This document shows, piece after piece, positions 41,234 to 50,435 of a stretch of DNA of 54,566 bases; the first letter of the stretch is position 1; each line of letters starts with the position of its first letter. The DNA is from Lysobacteraceae bacterium (GTDB lineage Bacteria; Pseudomonadota; Gammaproteobacteria; Xanthomonadales; Xanthomonadaceae): NCBI GenBank assembly GCA_018333835.1, contig JAGXSL010000023.1:1-54566 (forward strand), written 5' to 3'. The notes under the pieces are model-generated. The model saw only the letters and a list, made by a program, of their open reading frames with translations, was not told the origin of the DNA and did not search any database. The translations under genes were made by a program, and so were the position numbers.

Positions 41234-41860
41234 ATGCCGCGTCTGCCGCCCGTCACCCTGGCCCTGCTCTGGATCATCAGTGGCGGATTCCTGTTGCAGT
41301 TGTTCATGGGCGATGCCCTGTTGCGCTGGTTCGCGCTCTGGCCGGTGGGTGCCGAGGTGACGGGTGGCAGTGCCTTCCTGCCCTGGCAGCTGCTGAGCTA
41401 CGCCGCCTTGCACGGCGATTTCGTGCACCTGTTCTTCAATGGCCTGGCGCTGTGGTTGTTCGGGTCGGTGATCGAATCGACCTGGGGGGCGCGGCGTTTC
41501 GTGCATTTCGCCATCGCCTGCGTGGTCGCCGCCGCCCTCACCCAGCTGCTGCTCGGCATGGCCGGCGTGTTCCGCCCCGGCCCGACCATCGGCATCTCGG
41601 GCCTCACCTACGGTCTCTTGCTGGCCTATGGCCTGCTGTTCCCGAACCAGCGGCTGATGCTGCTGATCCCGCCGGTGCCGATCAAGGCCAAGTACCTGGT
41701 GCTGATCTTCGGCGGACTCGCCTTGTTCATGGGCCTGAGCGGCGCGGGCGGCATCGCCCATTTCGCCCACCTCGGCGGCATGCTGGGCGGCTGGCTGATG
41801 ATCCGTTACTGGCAGGGCCGGCCGCCGTTCGGGCGGCGCGGCCCCCGCGTGATCCGCTGA
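41234..41860 (+). CDS. Rhomboid intramembrane serine protease
   Basis: WQLLSY, HLFFN, catalytic GISG and AHLGG. Confidence 0.92.
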   Translation: MPRLPPVTLALLWIISGGFLLQLFMGDALLRWFALWPVGAEVTGGSAFLPWQLLSYAALHGDFVHLFFNGLALWLFGSVIESTWGARRFVHFAIACVVAAALTQLLLGMAGVFRPGPTIGISGLTYGLLLAYGLLFPNQRLMLLIPPVPIKAKYLVLIFGGLALFMGLSGAGGIAHFAHLGGMLGGWLMIRYWQGRPPFGRRGPRVIR

Positions 41861-41869
41861 AGACCGGCT

Positions 41870-44707
41870 TCAGCGGCGCAGCAAAAGGAAATCCGCCGAG
41901 GTGATCAGGCGCACCGCGTCCAAGCGCGGCCGCGCCCCGGGCAAGGCCACCAGCAGGGCCTCGCGCTCCTCGCGCAGGGTCTGGACCTCGGCTTCGCTGA
42001 CCGCCGGATTGACCCGCGCCAGCGCCAAGAGCCGCTCGATCTCAGTGTCCAGCTGGGCGCTGGCGGTCTCGACCGCCGCCGCCACCTGGTTGGCGGCCTC
42101 GCGGCGCACGGCGGTCTCGCAGGCACCGAGCATCGGCGAGACCAGTCGGCCCAACACCTTGCGCAGGGGCGTGAGATCGAAGGGTCGATCGTCCGCCCGT
42201 GCCCGCGAGTCGGCATCCGGCACGAAATCGTCGCGGCGTTGCAGCCGGCTGTCGACCACGGCACGCAGCGGGGTGGGCGGCAGGAAGCGCGCCACATCGA
42301 GCCGGGCATCGGCGATGCATTCGAGCACGTAGACCGCCTCCAGCAGCGCCGTCCGCGGTGGCAGGGTCTCGTCGACCAGCAGGCAGGCATTGCCGGCCTC
42401 GGAGGAGAGCAGCAGATCAAGCGCCGAAAGCACCATCGGATGGTCGGCGCGCAGATAGAGCAGATCGTCGCGCGCCAGAGCCACCCGGCGGTCGCTGCTG
42501 GCCTCGCGCGGGCCGCCTTTCAATTCCTCAAAACCGTCTACGGTGACGTGCTCGGGATCGAGCAGCAGGCGGCCACCCCCGAGGGCTTCGTTCTCGATGC
42601 CGAAGGCCTCGAGCAGGGCGAGCAGGTCCTCGTGGGCCGCGTGGTCGGCGTCGTCGGCGAGCAGCGCGGCGTGCAGGCGGTCGCCGTTGGCGCGCTGGCT
42701 GGCACGTTCGAGCAGGCGGTCGCGGCCGGCGGTGATCTGCGCCGACAGTTCGGCATGGTCGCGGCGGGTGGCCTCGAGCAAGGCTTCGAGCGCGGCCTCG
42801 CGCCCGGTCGGATCGGCCTCGCCGAGAGCGACCAGTTCATCGACGTGGCGACGCAGCAGCTCGCGGCCGTCCGGCACGACGCTGCGGAAGGCGTCCATGC
42901 CTTCGTGGTACCAGCGCAGCAGCACCTCCTGCGCGCTGCCGGCAACCGCGGCGGCGTGGATCTGCACATCGCCCGGCTGGCCGATCCGGTCGAGGCGGCC
43001 GATCCGCTGTTCCAGCATGTCCGGGTGCAGGGGCAGGTCCCAGAGCACGAGGTGCTGGGCGAACTGGAAGTTGCGCCCCTCGGCGCCAACTTCCGAGGCG
43101 ATCAGCACGCGCGCGCCCTCGGGGTCGGCGAAATAGGCGGCGTTGCGGTCGCGCTGCAGCAGGTTCATGTCCTCGTGGAAGCGCGCCACCGCGAGCCCTG
43201 AGCGCAGGCGCAGGGCTTCCTCGATGGCCTGCACCTTGGCCCGCGAGCGGCACAGCACCAGGGCCTTTCCGGTAGCCGGCGCATCGAGCGTGGCGAGCAG
43301 CCAATCCAGGCGCGGGTCCTGCGCATAGTCGTGGGTGGGCTCTTCGTCGAGATCACCGACCTCGAAGGCGAACTCGGCGCGCAGGCGGCCGAGCAGGGCG
43401 GCATCCTCGCCGGCTGCGAGCAGGCTGATGTGAGCGATACGTTTCGGAAAGCCACCCACCGCCGCACGCCGGTTGCGCACCATCACCCGGCCGGTGCCGT
43501 GGCGATCGACCAGCGCATCGAGCAGGGACTCGCGGGCTGCGCTGTCGCCCTGCTCGATGGCGGTCAGCGTGGCCGCGAGGCCCGCGGTCTCGCCGGTGAA
43601 CAGTTCGGCCAGCACAGTGCGGTCGCCGCTGCTCAGGGCGCCGGATTCCAGACGCTCGGCCAAGGCGGACAGCGCGACAAAACGTTCCGACTCGGCGAGG
43701 AAGCCCGGCAGGTCGGTGTAACGGGCCGGATCGAGCAGGCGCAGACGGGCGAAGTGACCACCTCGGCCGAGTTGCTCGGGTGTGGCGGTGAGCAGCAGCA
43801 GGCCCGGAGTGCGGCGGGCCAGGGCCTCCACCAGGGTGTAACCGGGGCTTTCGAACTCCGGTGTCCAGATGAGGTGGTGGGCTTCATCGACCAGCAGCAG
43901 ATCCCAGCCGGCGGCGATGAGTTGCTTCATGCGCTTGGTGCTGCCGGAGAGCCAGTCCATCGAGGCCAGCACCCGCTGCTCGTCCTCGAAGGGATTGCGT
44001 TCCGGATCGCCCATCTCGAGGGCTTCACAGCGCTCCTCGTCGTAGATGGCGAAGGGCAGGTTGAAGCGGCGCAGCAACTCGACGAACCACTGGTTGACGA
44101 GGCTTTCCGGCGTCAGCACCAGCACGCGCCGGGCACGGCCACTGGCGATCTGCTGCGCAGCGATGGCGCAGGCCTCGATGGTCTTGCCCAGACCCACTTC
44201 GTCGGCCAGCAGCAGGCGCGGGCTGCGCCGCGCGGCGGCAGTCTCGACGACACGCAATTGGTGCGGCACCAGCTCGATGCGAGCACCGAGCAGGCCCCAG
44301 GCCGGGCTGCGGCGGGCACGGGCGCGCATTTCCAGCGCCCGCAGGCGGCGTTCAAACATACGATTGCGGTCGACCCGGCCGGCGCTGAGCCGCTGGTCGG
44401 CTTGCGAGATCGGTTGTTCGGCATCGAGCTGGCCTTCCATGAAGGCATCGTTGCCGGCGTGGTACCAGACCAGCCCGGCGCGGTCCTCGACGCTGTCGAT
44501 CACAAGTTCGCGGCCATCGACACGCACGCGGTCGCCGTTGCGGAACACCGCCCGCACCAGCGGCGCACCTTCCAGCGCGTACTGACGCACGGTGCCGCTG
44601 GCGGTGAACACCAGTTGCACGCTACGACCGGCAAGCCGCAGCACCGTGCCGAGGCCGAGTTCCGGTTCGGCCGAGGAGAACCAGCGCTGGCCGGGCACCA
44701 GGGCCAT
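41870..44707 (-). CDS. rapA: RNA polymerase-associated SNF2 ATPase
   Basis: GQRWFSSAEPELGLG, ADEVGLGKTIEA, DEAHH, EGRNFQFA, EQRIGRLDRIGQ. Confidence 0.95.
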   Translation of the reverse strand: MALVPGQRWFSSAEPELGLGTVLRLAGRSVQLVFTASGTVRQYALEGAPLVRAVFRNGDRVRVDGRELVIDSVEDRAGLVWYHAGNDAFMEGQLDAEQPISQADQRLSAGRVDRNRMFERRLRALEMRARARRSPAWGLLGARIELVPHQLRVVETAAARRSPRLLLADEVGLGKTIEACAIAAQQIASGRARRVLVLTPESLVNQWFVELLRRFNLPFAIYDEERCEALEMGDPERNPFEDEQRVLASMDWLSGSTKRMKQLIAAGWDLLLVDEAHHLIWTPEFESPGYTLVEALARRTPGLLLLTATPEQLGRGGHFARLRLLDPARYTDLPGFLAESERFVALSALAERLESGALSSGDRTVLAELFTGETAGLAATLTAIEQGDSAARESLLDALVDRHGTGRVMVRNRRAAVGGFPKRIAHISLLAAGEDAALLGRLRAEFAFEVGDLDEEPTHDYAQDPRLDWLLATLDAPATGKALVLCRSRAKVQAIEEALRLRSGLAVARFHEDMNLLQRDRNAAYFADPEGARVLIASEVGAEGRNFQFAQHLVLWDLPLHPDMLEQRIGRLDRIGQPGDVQIHAAAVAGSAQEVLLRWYHEGMDAFRSVVPDGRELLRRHVDELVALGEADPTGREAALEALLEATRRDHAELSAQITAGRDRLLERASQRANGDRLHAALLADDADHAAHEDLLALLEAFGIENEALGGGRLLLDPEHVTVDGFEELKGGPREASSDRRVALARDDLLYLRADHPMVLSALDLLLSSEAGNACLLVDETLPPRTALLEAVYVLECIADARLDVARFLPPTPLRAVVDSRLQRRDDFVPDADSRARADDRPFDLTPLRKVLGRLVSPMLGACETAVRREAANQVAAAVETASAQLDTEIERLLALARVNPAVSEAEVQTLREEREALLVALPGARPRLDAVRLITSADFLLLRR

Positions 44708-46527
44708 CAATGCCATACCGTGATCGGCCGGGCCGCGTGCATCGGCTGACCGGAGCGGCAGCCGAAGGTTTCGGCGAAGCCCGGCAGTTGCGACAGCGGT
44801 CCGTTGACCCGCCAGCGTGGCGGGGCGGCTACGCTCTGCTGCGCTTGCACGCGCAACGCGGCCGGGTTTCCGTGCTGCGCCCAGAGCCCGGCCCAGGCCA
44901 GGAAGAAATCACGCTTCGCGGCGGTGTCGGCGGCGGTTTGGGCCTTGTTGAAGGCCGTCCAGGCGAAACTCAGGCCGGCCAGGTCGGCGCGGTTCATCGC
45001 CAGCGTGCGCCGGCCATCGACACGCAGGCCGGGCACGGCCTCGAAGCCGTTGAAGAGGTTGATGAGCCCATTGCCGCGCTCGCCGGCATCGACGGCTTTG
45101 CTCAACTCGTGACCGACCAGAGCACCGAGGGCACCGTAATCGGCCGCACCCGGTGTGGCGCCGAGCAGGGGCGGAGCAAGGGCGGCAGCACTGATGGCAA
45201 GCCGTCGGCTTGCCGGGTCGAACTGCAGTGACGGGCGCAGGGCCGGGAAGGGCGAGAGCAACGAGGTCTGGCCTTGCAGCACCCGGTCCTGATGCCAGCG
45301 TGCGAGACGCAGCAGGTTGCCGGCGGGATCGTCGGCAGCGAAGCGCAAGCCACTCCAGTCGGTGGCCGGTGTGGCGCTGCCGGCGAGGTCGATCACCACC
45401 TCGGCAAAACGCGGATCGTGGCCGGCGGCCACCGCCTGCACCTCGCGCACCACGGTCTCGGCGCGGCGGCGCAGGGCAGTGTCGACGAGACGGGCGTTGG
45501 CCACTTCGTCCAGTAGGCCGGGCAATTGCCGGCGCATCGTCTCGGCGAGCAGGGTTTCGGTGTCGGGCGGGCTGGTGAGGCCGCGCAGCACAAGGCCCTC
45601 GAACTCGGCATGGGCGCTGCGCAGAGGCGTTGCCAGCGCCGGAGCCAGACGCAGCAGGGCGCGGGCACGCAGCAGGGCATGCAGGCGCTCCGGACTCGCA
45701 CTGGAGGCAAGTTGGGCGAGACGGGTGAAATAGTCCGTATTGAGGACCGCCAGTTCGCGGGTGTCGGCGTCGAGCGCGTCGAGCACAACGCTCACGCCGA
45801 GGCCGGGGAAACGGCGGTCCAGCTCGCGCGGGCGCTGGGTCTGCGGCGCGGCACTGTCCGGCGTGGCGAGAGCCTGGGCCAGTTCGGTCTCGATCTGCAC
45901 CACCGTCGCGGCTGCGTTTGCGGCTTCGGCCTCGCCCAGACCGGAGGCCTGCAGCAGGGCTTGCAGATGGGCGCGGTAGCGGTCGAGCAGGGCGCGCAGT
46001 TCCGGTTCCGGACGCAAGTAGAAGGCCGGGTCACCCAAGCCCAGGGGTGCCGGCACAACGGCCAGCGCGCCGCGGCCACCGTCCAGCCGGGTGAACTCGA
46101 ACAACGGTGCCAGGCCCAAGGCATGGAACTGCGCCAGAGTCCGTGGCAGATCGCGCGGGCGACGCAGGCTCTGCAGCGGAGCCAGCGCCTGCACCAGTGC
46201 CGCTGCCGAACCGCCATCAAGCCGGTCCGGGCTGGTGCCGGCCGCCCAGAACGCCGCCAACAGGCGCTCGGGTTCATCGCGAGGGTTGGCCACCACCTCG
46301 GCCAGCAGCCGGCGGCGCTGCTCGTTGGCCTGAGCCTCGAACTGACCGAGCCGGCTCAGCACACTGCCATCGGCCGGCAGCGGATGGGCCTGACGCCAGG
46401 CGGCGTTGGCATGGGCGTCGAAATCGAGGCAGGCGGCCGGCGGCTGGGGCGTTCGCGCTTGGGTGGCGGGCAACAGCAGGCTGGTCGCGAGGGCGAGGAG
46501 CAGGGCGGTCCGGGGGGTCGGGCGCAT
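44707..46527 (-). CDS. M13 (neprilysin-like) peptidase homologue with a degenerate active site
   Basis: Signal peptide; ACLDFDAHAN, YGALGALVGHELSK, NRADLAG, RVNGPLSQLPGFAETFGC. Confidence 0.8.
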   Translation of the reverse strand: MRPTPRTALLLALATSLLLPATQARTPQPPAACLDFDAHANAAWRQAHPLPADGSVLSRLGQFEAQANEQRRRLLAEVVANPRDEPERLLAAFWAAGTSPDRLDGGSAAALVQALAPLQSLRRPRDLPRTLAQFHALGLAPLFEFTRLDGGRGALAVVPAPLGLGDPAFYLRPEPELRALLDRYRAHLQALLQASGLGEAEAANAAATVVQIETELAQALATPDSAAPQTQRPRELDRRFPGLGVSVVLDALDADTRELAVLNTDYFTRLAQLASSASPERLHALLRARALLRLAPALATPLRSAHAEFEGLVLRGLTSPPDTETLLAETMRRQLPGLLDEVANARLVDTALRRRAETVVREVQAVAAGHDPRFAEVVIDLAGSATPATDWSGLRFAADDPAGNLLRLARWHQDRVLQGQTSLLSPFPALRPSLQFDPASRRLAISAAALAPPLLGATPGAADYGALGALVGHELSKAVDAGERGNGLINLFNGFEAVPGLRVDGRRTLAMNRADLAGLSFAWTAFNKAQTAADTAAKRDFFLAWAGLWAQHGNPAALRVQAQQSVAAPPRWRVNGPLSQLPGFAETFGCRSGQPMHAARPITVWH

Positions 46528-46624
46528 GGGGGCTTCCGCGGCGGGGGGCAGTATTCTACGCTCTGGCGGCTCGCAGCGTTTGATTTCGCGCACGTTCACT
46601 CTGCGCAGACCGCCAATGCCTAGA

Positions 46625-46644
46625 CTTTCAGGAAATCCTGAAAG
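46625..46644. promoter_or_regulatory. Palindromic operator, probable GbsR-type regulator site
   Basis: CTTTCAGG-AAAT-CCTGAAAG, 12 nt upstream of the regulator ATG, overlapping the -10-like TAGACT. Confidence 0.7.
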
Positions 46645-46656
46645 AACAGAACTCCC

Positions 46657-47208
46657 ATGCTCACCCCCCTGGTCCAACGCTTTGTCCTGCACTTCGGTGA
46701 GATGGGCAGCCGCTGGGGCATCAACCGCACGGTCGGGCAGATCTACGCCCTGCTGTTCGTCTCGCCGCGGCCGCTGAACGCCGACGAGATCGCCGAGGCG
46801 CTGGCCTTCTCGCGTTCCAACGTCAGCATGGGCCTGAAAGAGCTGCAGAGCTGGCGGCTGGTGAGGTTGCAACACCTGCCCGGCGACCGCCGCGAGTATT
46901 TCTCGGCCCCCGAGGACGTCTGGGCGATCTTCCAGACCCTCGCCGAGGAACGCCGAAAACGCGAGGTCGATCCCACGCTCTCGATGCTGCGCGATGCCCT
47001 GCTGGAGCCGGTTGCTGATCCCGCCGACCAGCACGCACAGGCGCGGATGCGCGAGATGCATGACCTGATCGAACTTGCCACGGGTTGGTTCGAAGAGGTC
47101 CGGGCGATGGATCGCGAACGTCTGGTCGAGCTGATGCGGCTTGGCCAGAAGGTGGGCAAGTTGCTCGATGCCCGCGACCGTTTCATGGGAGGCAAAGGCC
47201 ATGTTTGA
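46657..47208 (+). CDS. GbsR/MarR-family transcriptional regulator (CydE-like)
   Basis: FVLHFGEMGSRWGINRTVGQIYALL, SRSNVSMGLKEL, GDRREYF. Confidence 0.9.
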   Translation: MLTPLVQRFVLHFGEMGSRWGINRTVGQIYALLFVSPRPLNADEIAEALAFSRSNVSMGLKELQSWRLVRLQHLPGDRREYFSAPEDVWAIFQTLAEERRKREVDPTLSMLRDALLEPVADPADQHAQARMREMHDLIELATGWFEEVRAMDRERLVELMRLGQKVGKLLDARDRFMGGKGHV

Positions 47209-48583
47209 GAGTCTCGATCCGATCCTGCTGGCGCGCATCCAGTTCGCCGCCAACATCAGTTTCCACATCCTGTTCCCGACCATCACCATCGGTTTGGCCT
47301 GGGTGCTGCTGTTCTTCAAATGGCGCTTCAACAAGACCGGTGACATGAAGTGGATGGAGGCCTACGGCTTCTGGGTCAAGGTGTTCGCGCTCAGCTTCGC
47401 GCTCGGCGTGGTCAGTGGCGTGGTCATGAGCTTCCAGTTCGGTACCAACTGGCCGGGCTTCATGAACACCGTCGGCAACATCGCCGGACCGCTCCTTGCC
47501 TACGAGATCATGACGGCATTCTTCCTCGAAGCCACCTTCCTCGCCGTCATGCTGTTCGGCTTCCGCCGGGTCAGCAACCGCATCCACACCCTAGCCACCC
47601 TGCTGGTGGCCATCGGTACCTCGATGTCGGCGTTCTGGATCCTGGTGCTGAACTCCTGGATGCACACGCCGGTGGGATTCGAGATGCGTGACGGCGTGGC
47701 GCATGCCACCGACTGGATGGCGATCATCTTCAACCCGTCGATGCCCTATCGCTTCAGTCACATGATGGTGGCCTCGTTCCTGACGGTGTCCTTCCTGATC
47801 GCAGGCCTCTCGGCCTGGCGTTGGTTGCGCGGCGACCGCGCACCCGCGGTCCTTTCGGCGATGCGTACCGGTGTCTACCTCGGTGCTTTGTTGATCCCGT
47901 TGCAGATCGTCATCGGCGACCTGCATGGTCTCAACACGCTGAAGTACCAGCCGGCCAAGATCGCCGCCATCGAGGCGATCTGGGAAACCGACCGTGGCGT
48001 GCCGCTGGTGTTGTTCGGTTTCCCCGACGAGGAGGAGCGCACCACGCATTTCCCCATCCAGATCCCCTACCTTGCCTCGATCATCCTCACCCACGAGATG
48101 GACGGCGAACTCAAAGGCCTCAACGAGTTCGAGGGTGTGCATCCGCCGGTGGCGCCGGTGTTCTTTGCGTTCCGCATCATGGTCGGCATCGGCATGCTGA
48201 TGCTGGTGGTGGGCTTCTGGGGGGCGTGGCGGCTCAAGCGGCACGGCACCCCCACGCCGCTGCTGGCCAAGACCCTGGCATGGATGAGCTTCTCCGGCTG
48301 GGTCGCGGTGATGGCCGGCTGGTACACCACCGAGATCGGTCGCCAGCCCTGGCTGGTGCAGGACGTGCTGCTGACCGTCGATGCAGGGGGTGTGGTGCCG
48401 GCACCGTCGATCCTGATCACCTTGATCGGTTACCTGCTGGTCTATTTGGTGCTGCTGGTCGCCTACCTGAAGGTGATCTTCTACATGGCCGGCAAGGCCG
48501 GGCAGCGTCCGGAAACGGCAAGCGCCGAAGGTCCCGGCGCGGTGCCCTTCGCCGATCCGGCGCTCAGCCGGCAGGAGGGCTGA
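47201..48583 (+). CDS. cydA: Cytochrome bd ubiquinol oxidase subunit I (short Q-loop, CioA-like)
   Basis: ARIQFA..FHILFP, FQFGTNW, EATF, QPAKIAAIE, EIGRQPW. Confidence 0.95.
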   Translation: MFESLDPILLARIQFAANISFHILFPTITIGLAWVLLFFKWRFNKTGDMKWMEAYGFWVKVFALSFALGVVSGVVMSFQFGTNWPGFMNTVGNIAGPLLAYEIMTAFFLEATFLAVMLFGFRRVSNRIHTLATLLVAIGTSMSAFWILVLNSWMHTPVGFEMRDGVAHATDWMAIIFNPSMPYRFSHMMVASFLTVSFLIAGLSAWRWLRGDRAPAVLSAMRTGVYLGALLIPLQIVIGDLHGLNTLKYQPAKIAAIEAIWETDRGVPLVLFGFPDEEERTTHFPIQIPYLASIILTHEMDGELKGLNEFEGVHPPVAPVFFAFRIMVGIGMLMLVVGFWGAWRLKRHGTPTPLLAKTLAWMSFSGWVAVMAGWYTTEIGRQPWLVQDVLLTVDAGGVVPAPSILITLIGYLLVYLVLLVAYLKVIFYMAGKAGQRPETASAEGPGAVPFADPALSRQEG

Positions 48584-48584
48584 A

Positions 48585-49676
48585 ATGGGTCTGGATGCCA
48601 GCATCGTGGCGGCCGCTTCGGTGGCCGCCAGCAGCGCCGCTGCTTGGCCCGGCGCACCCGATCTCGCCACGCCGGCCGGCTGGTTGCCGATCGCCTTCCT
48701 CGTGGTGATGGGCCTGTCGATGTTGGCCTACGTGGTGCTCGACGGCTACGACCTGGGGGTGGGCATCCTGATGCGCGGGGTGCCGGAGGACGAGAAAGAC
48801 ATCATGGTCGCCTCGATCGGGCCGTTCTGGGACGCCAACGAAACCTGGCTGGTGCTGGGTGTCGGCATCCTGCTGGTGGCTTTTCCGATCGCCCACGGCG
48901 TCATCCTGGGCGCACTCTACCTGCCGATCGCACTGATGCTGTTCGGCCTGATCCTGCGCGGCGTGGCTTTCGAGTTCCGGGTCAAAGCCAAGGCCCAGCA
49001 CAAGCAGACCTGGAACCGGGCCTTCTTCGCTGGATCGCTGATCGCCGCTCTGGTGCAGGGCTACATGCTGGGGCTGATGGTGATGGGCTTCGAGCGCAGC
49101 CCCGGTGCGGTGGCCTTCGCCGCCCTGATCGCGGTCTGCCTGGTGGCCGGTTACTGCCTGCTCGGTGCCGGCTGGCTCATCATCAAGGGCGAGGGTGCCT
49201 TGCAGCAGCGTGCGGTGCGCTGGGCGCGCAACAGCCTGTGGTTGACCGCCCTCGGCATTGCCGCGATCTCGCTGGCCACGCCCCTGCTTTCCGAACGCAT
49301 CTTCGACCGCTGGTTCTCCCTGCCTTGGCTGGTGCTGCTGGCACCGATCCCGATCGCCACGGCGGTGCTGTTCTTCATCGTCGATCGCAGTCTGCGCCGG
49401 CTGCCCAAGCGGCTGGCCGAGGGCAACGAGTACGGGGCCTGGGTGCCCTTCGGCGGCACCGTGGGCATCCTGTTGCTGGCCTTCTATGGCCTGGCCTACA
49501 GCCTGTTTCCCTATCTGGTGGTCGATGAGATCAGCATCTGGCAGGCCGCGGCCTCGCCCGAGTCCTTGATGATCATTTTCGTCGGTGCTTGCGTGGTGAT
49601 CCCGGTGATCGTCATCTACACGGTCTTCGTCTACCGGGTGTTTTCCGGCAAGGCCCAGCGGCTCGACTACACTTGA
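48585..49676 (+). CDS. cydB: Cytochrome bd oxidase subunit II
   Basis: LDGYDLGVG, PFWDANETWL, LRGVAFEFR. Confidence 0.94.
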   Translation: MGLDASIVAAASVAASSAAAWPGAPDLATPAGWLPIAFLVVMGLSMLAYVVLDGYDLGVGILMRGVPEDEKDIMVASIGPFWDANETWLVLGVGILLVAFPIAHGVILGALYLPIALMLFGLILRGVAFEFRVKAKAQHKQTWNRAFFAGSLIAALVQGYMLGLMVMGFERSPGAVAFAALIAVCLVAGYCLLGAGWLIIKGEGALQQRAVRWARNSLWLTALGIAAISLATPLLSERIFDRWFSLPWLVLLAPIPIATAVLFFIVDRSLRRLPKRLAEGNEYGAWVPFGGTVGILLLAFYGLAYSLFPYLVVDEISIWQAAASPESLMIIFVGACVVIPVIVIYTVFVYRVFSGKAQRLDYT

Positions 49677-49730
49677 TCGCGGCACGGACGACCCCGCCCT
49701 GCCTTTCTCATCCCGCCAAGGTATCCACCC

Positions 49731-50324
49731 ATGTCCTCGCGTACCCTGCTCGTTTCCGCCCTTGCCCTCGGTCTTGCCGCCTGCCAGCCCGCCGCCGAGG
49801 CTCCGGCCGCGCCCGAGGCTCCGGCCGCGCCCGAGGCTCCGGCCGCCCCGGCCACGCCCGCGCCGCCGCCAGCTCCGGCCACACCGGTCGCGGACGTCGC
49901 CCACACCGGCCTGATGGTCCACGAGGCTTGGACCCGGCCACTGGCGCCGGGGGCCACGGTGGCCGCCGGCTACGGCCTGCTGATGAACCACGGCACCGCA
50001 CCCGAGCGGTTTGTCGCCGCCCGCGCCGAGGGTGTCGGCCGGGTCGAGATCCACACCATCGAGTCGGTCGACGGGGTGATGCAGATGCGCCCGCTCGAAG
50101 GCGGCCTCGAACTGCCGGTGGACGGCAGCGCCCGGCTGGCCCCCGGTGGCAAGCACCTGATGTTCTTCGAGGTGAGCCGCTCCTGGGCCGAGGGCGAGCG
50201 CATTCCCGTCACCCTGGTCTTCGAGAGCGGCGCCGAACTGGTGGTCGAGTTCGCGGTCCTGGCCCAGGCGCCGGCCGGTGCGGTCGAGGCCGGCCACGGC
50301 GAGCATGCCCACCACGCGCACTGA
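49731..50324 (+). CDS. PCu(A)C-family copper chaperone lipoprotein
   Basis: Lipobox LAAC; EIH...MQM...PGGKHLM copper motif; His-rich tail GHGEHAHHAH. Confidence 0.9.
   Translation: MSSRTLLVSALALGLAACQPAAEAPAAPEAPAAPEAPAAPATPAPPPAPATPVADVAHTGLMVHEAWTRPLAPGATVAAGYGLLMNHGTAPERFVAARAEGVGRVEIHTIESVDGVMQMRPLEGGLELPVDGSARLAPGGKHLMFFEVSRSWAEGERIPVTLVFESGAELVVEFAVLAQAPAGAVEAGHGEHAHHAH
49795..49848 (+). repeat. 18-bp x3 tandem repeat encoding an (EAPAAP)n linker
   Basis: CCGAGGCTCCGGCCGCGC units. Confidence 0.85.
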
Positions 50325-50373
50325 GCCGCTCTGGCGATGACGCCGCGTTCACGACTGTGACAGGGCGGCGTCA

Positions 50374-50407
50374 CTGCCATCGCTCCGTAACACGGCTGCC
50401 ACAGAAT
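50374..50407 (+). promoter_or_regulatory. Putative Pho-box-like direct repeats and -10
   Basis: CTGCCAT (50374), CCGTAAC (50385), CTGCCAC (50396) at exact 11-bp spacing, followed by CAGAAT. Confidence 0.45.
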
Positions 50408-50435
50408 GCGCCGGTCCTCGCCGCCGGCCATTCCC

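Noticed and set aside
46581-46594. FNR/Anr box upstream of the GbsR-cydAB operon (TTGAT-TTCG-CGCAC)
   Set aside because: Only one half-site matches TTGAT-N4-ATCAA; too weak to call.
49677-49730. cydX small subunit
   Set aside because: The gap is too short and has no suitable ORF.
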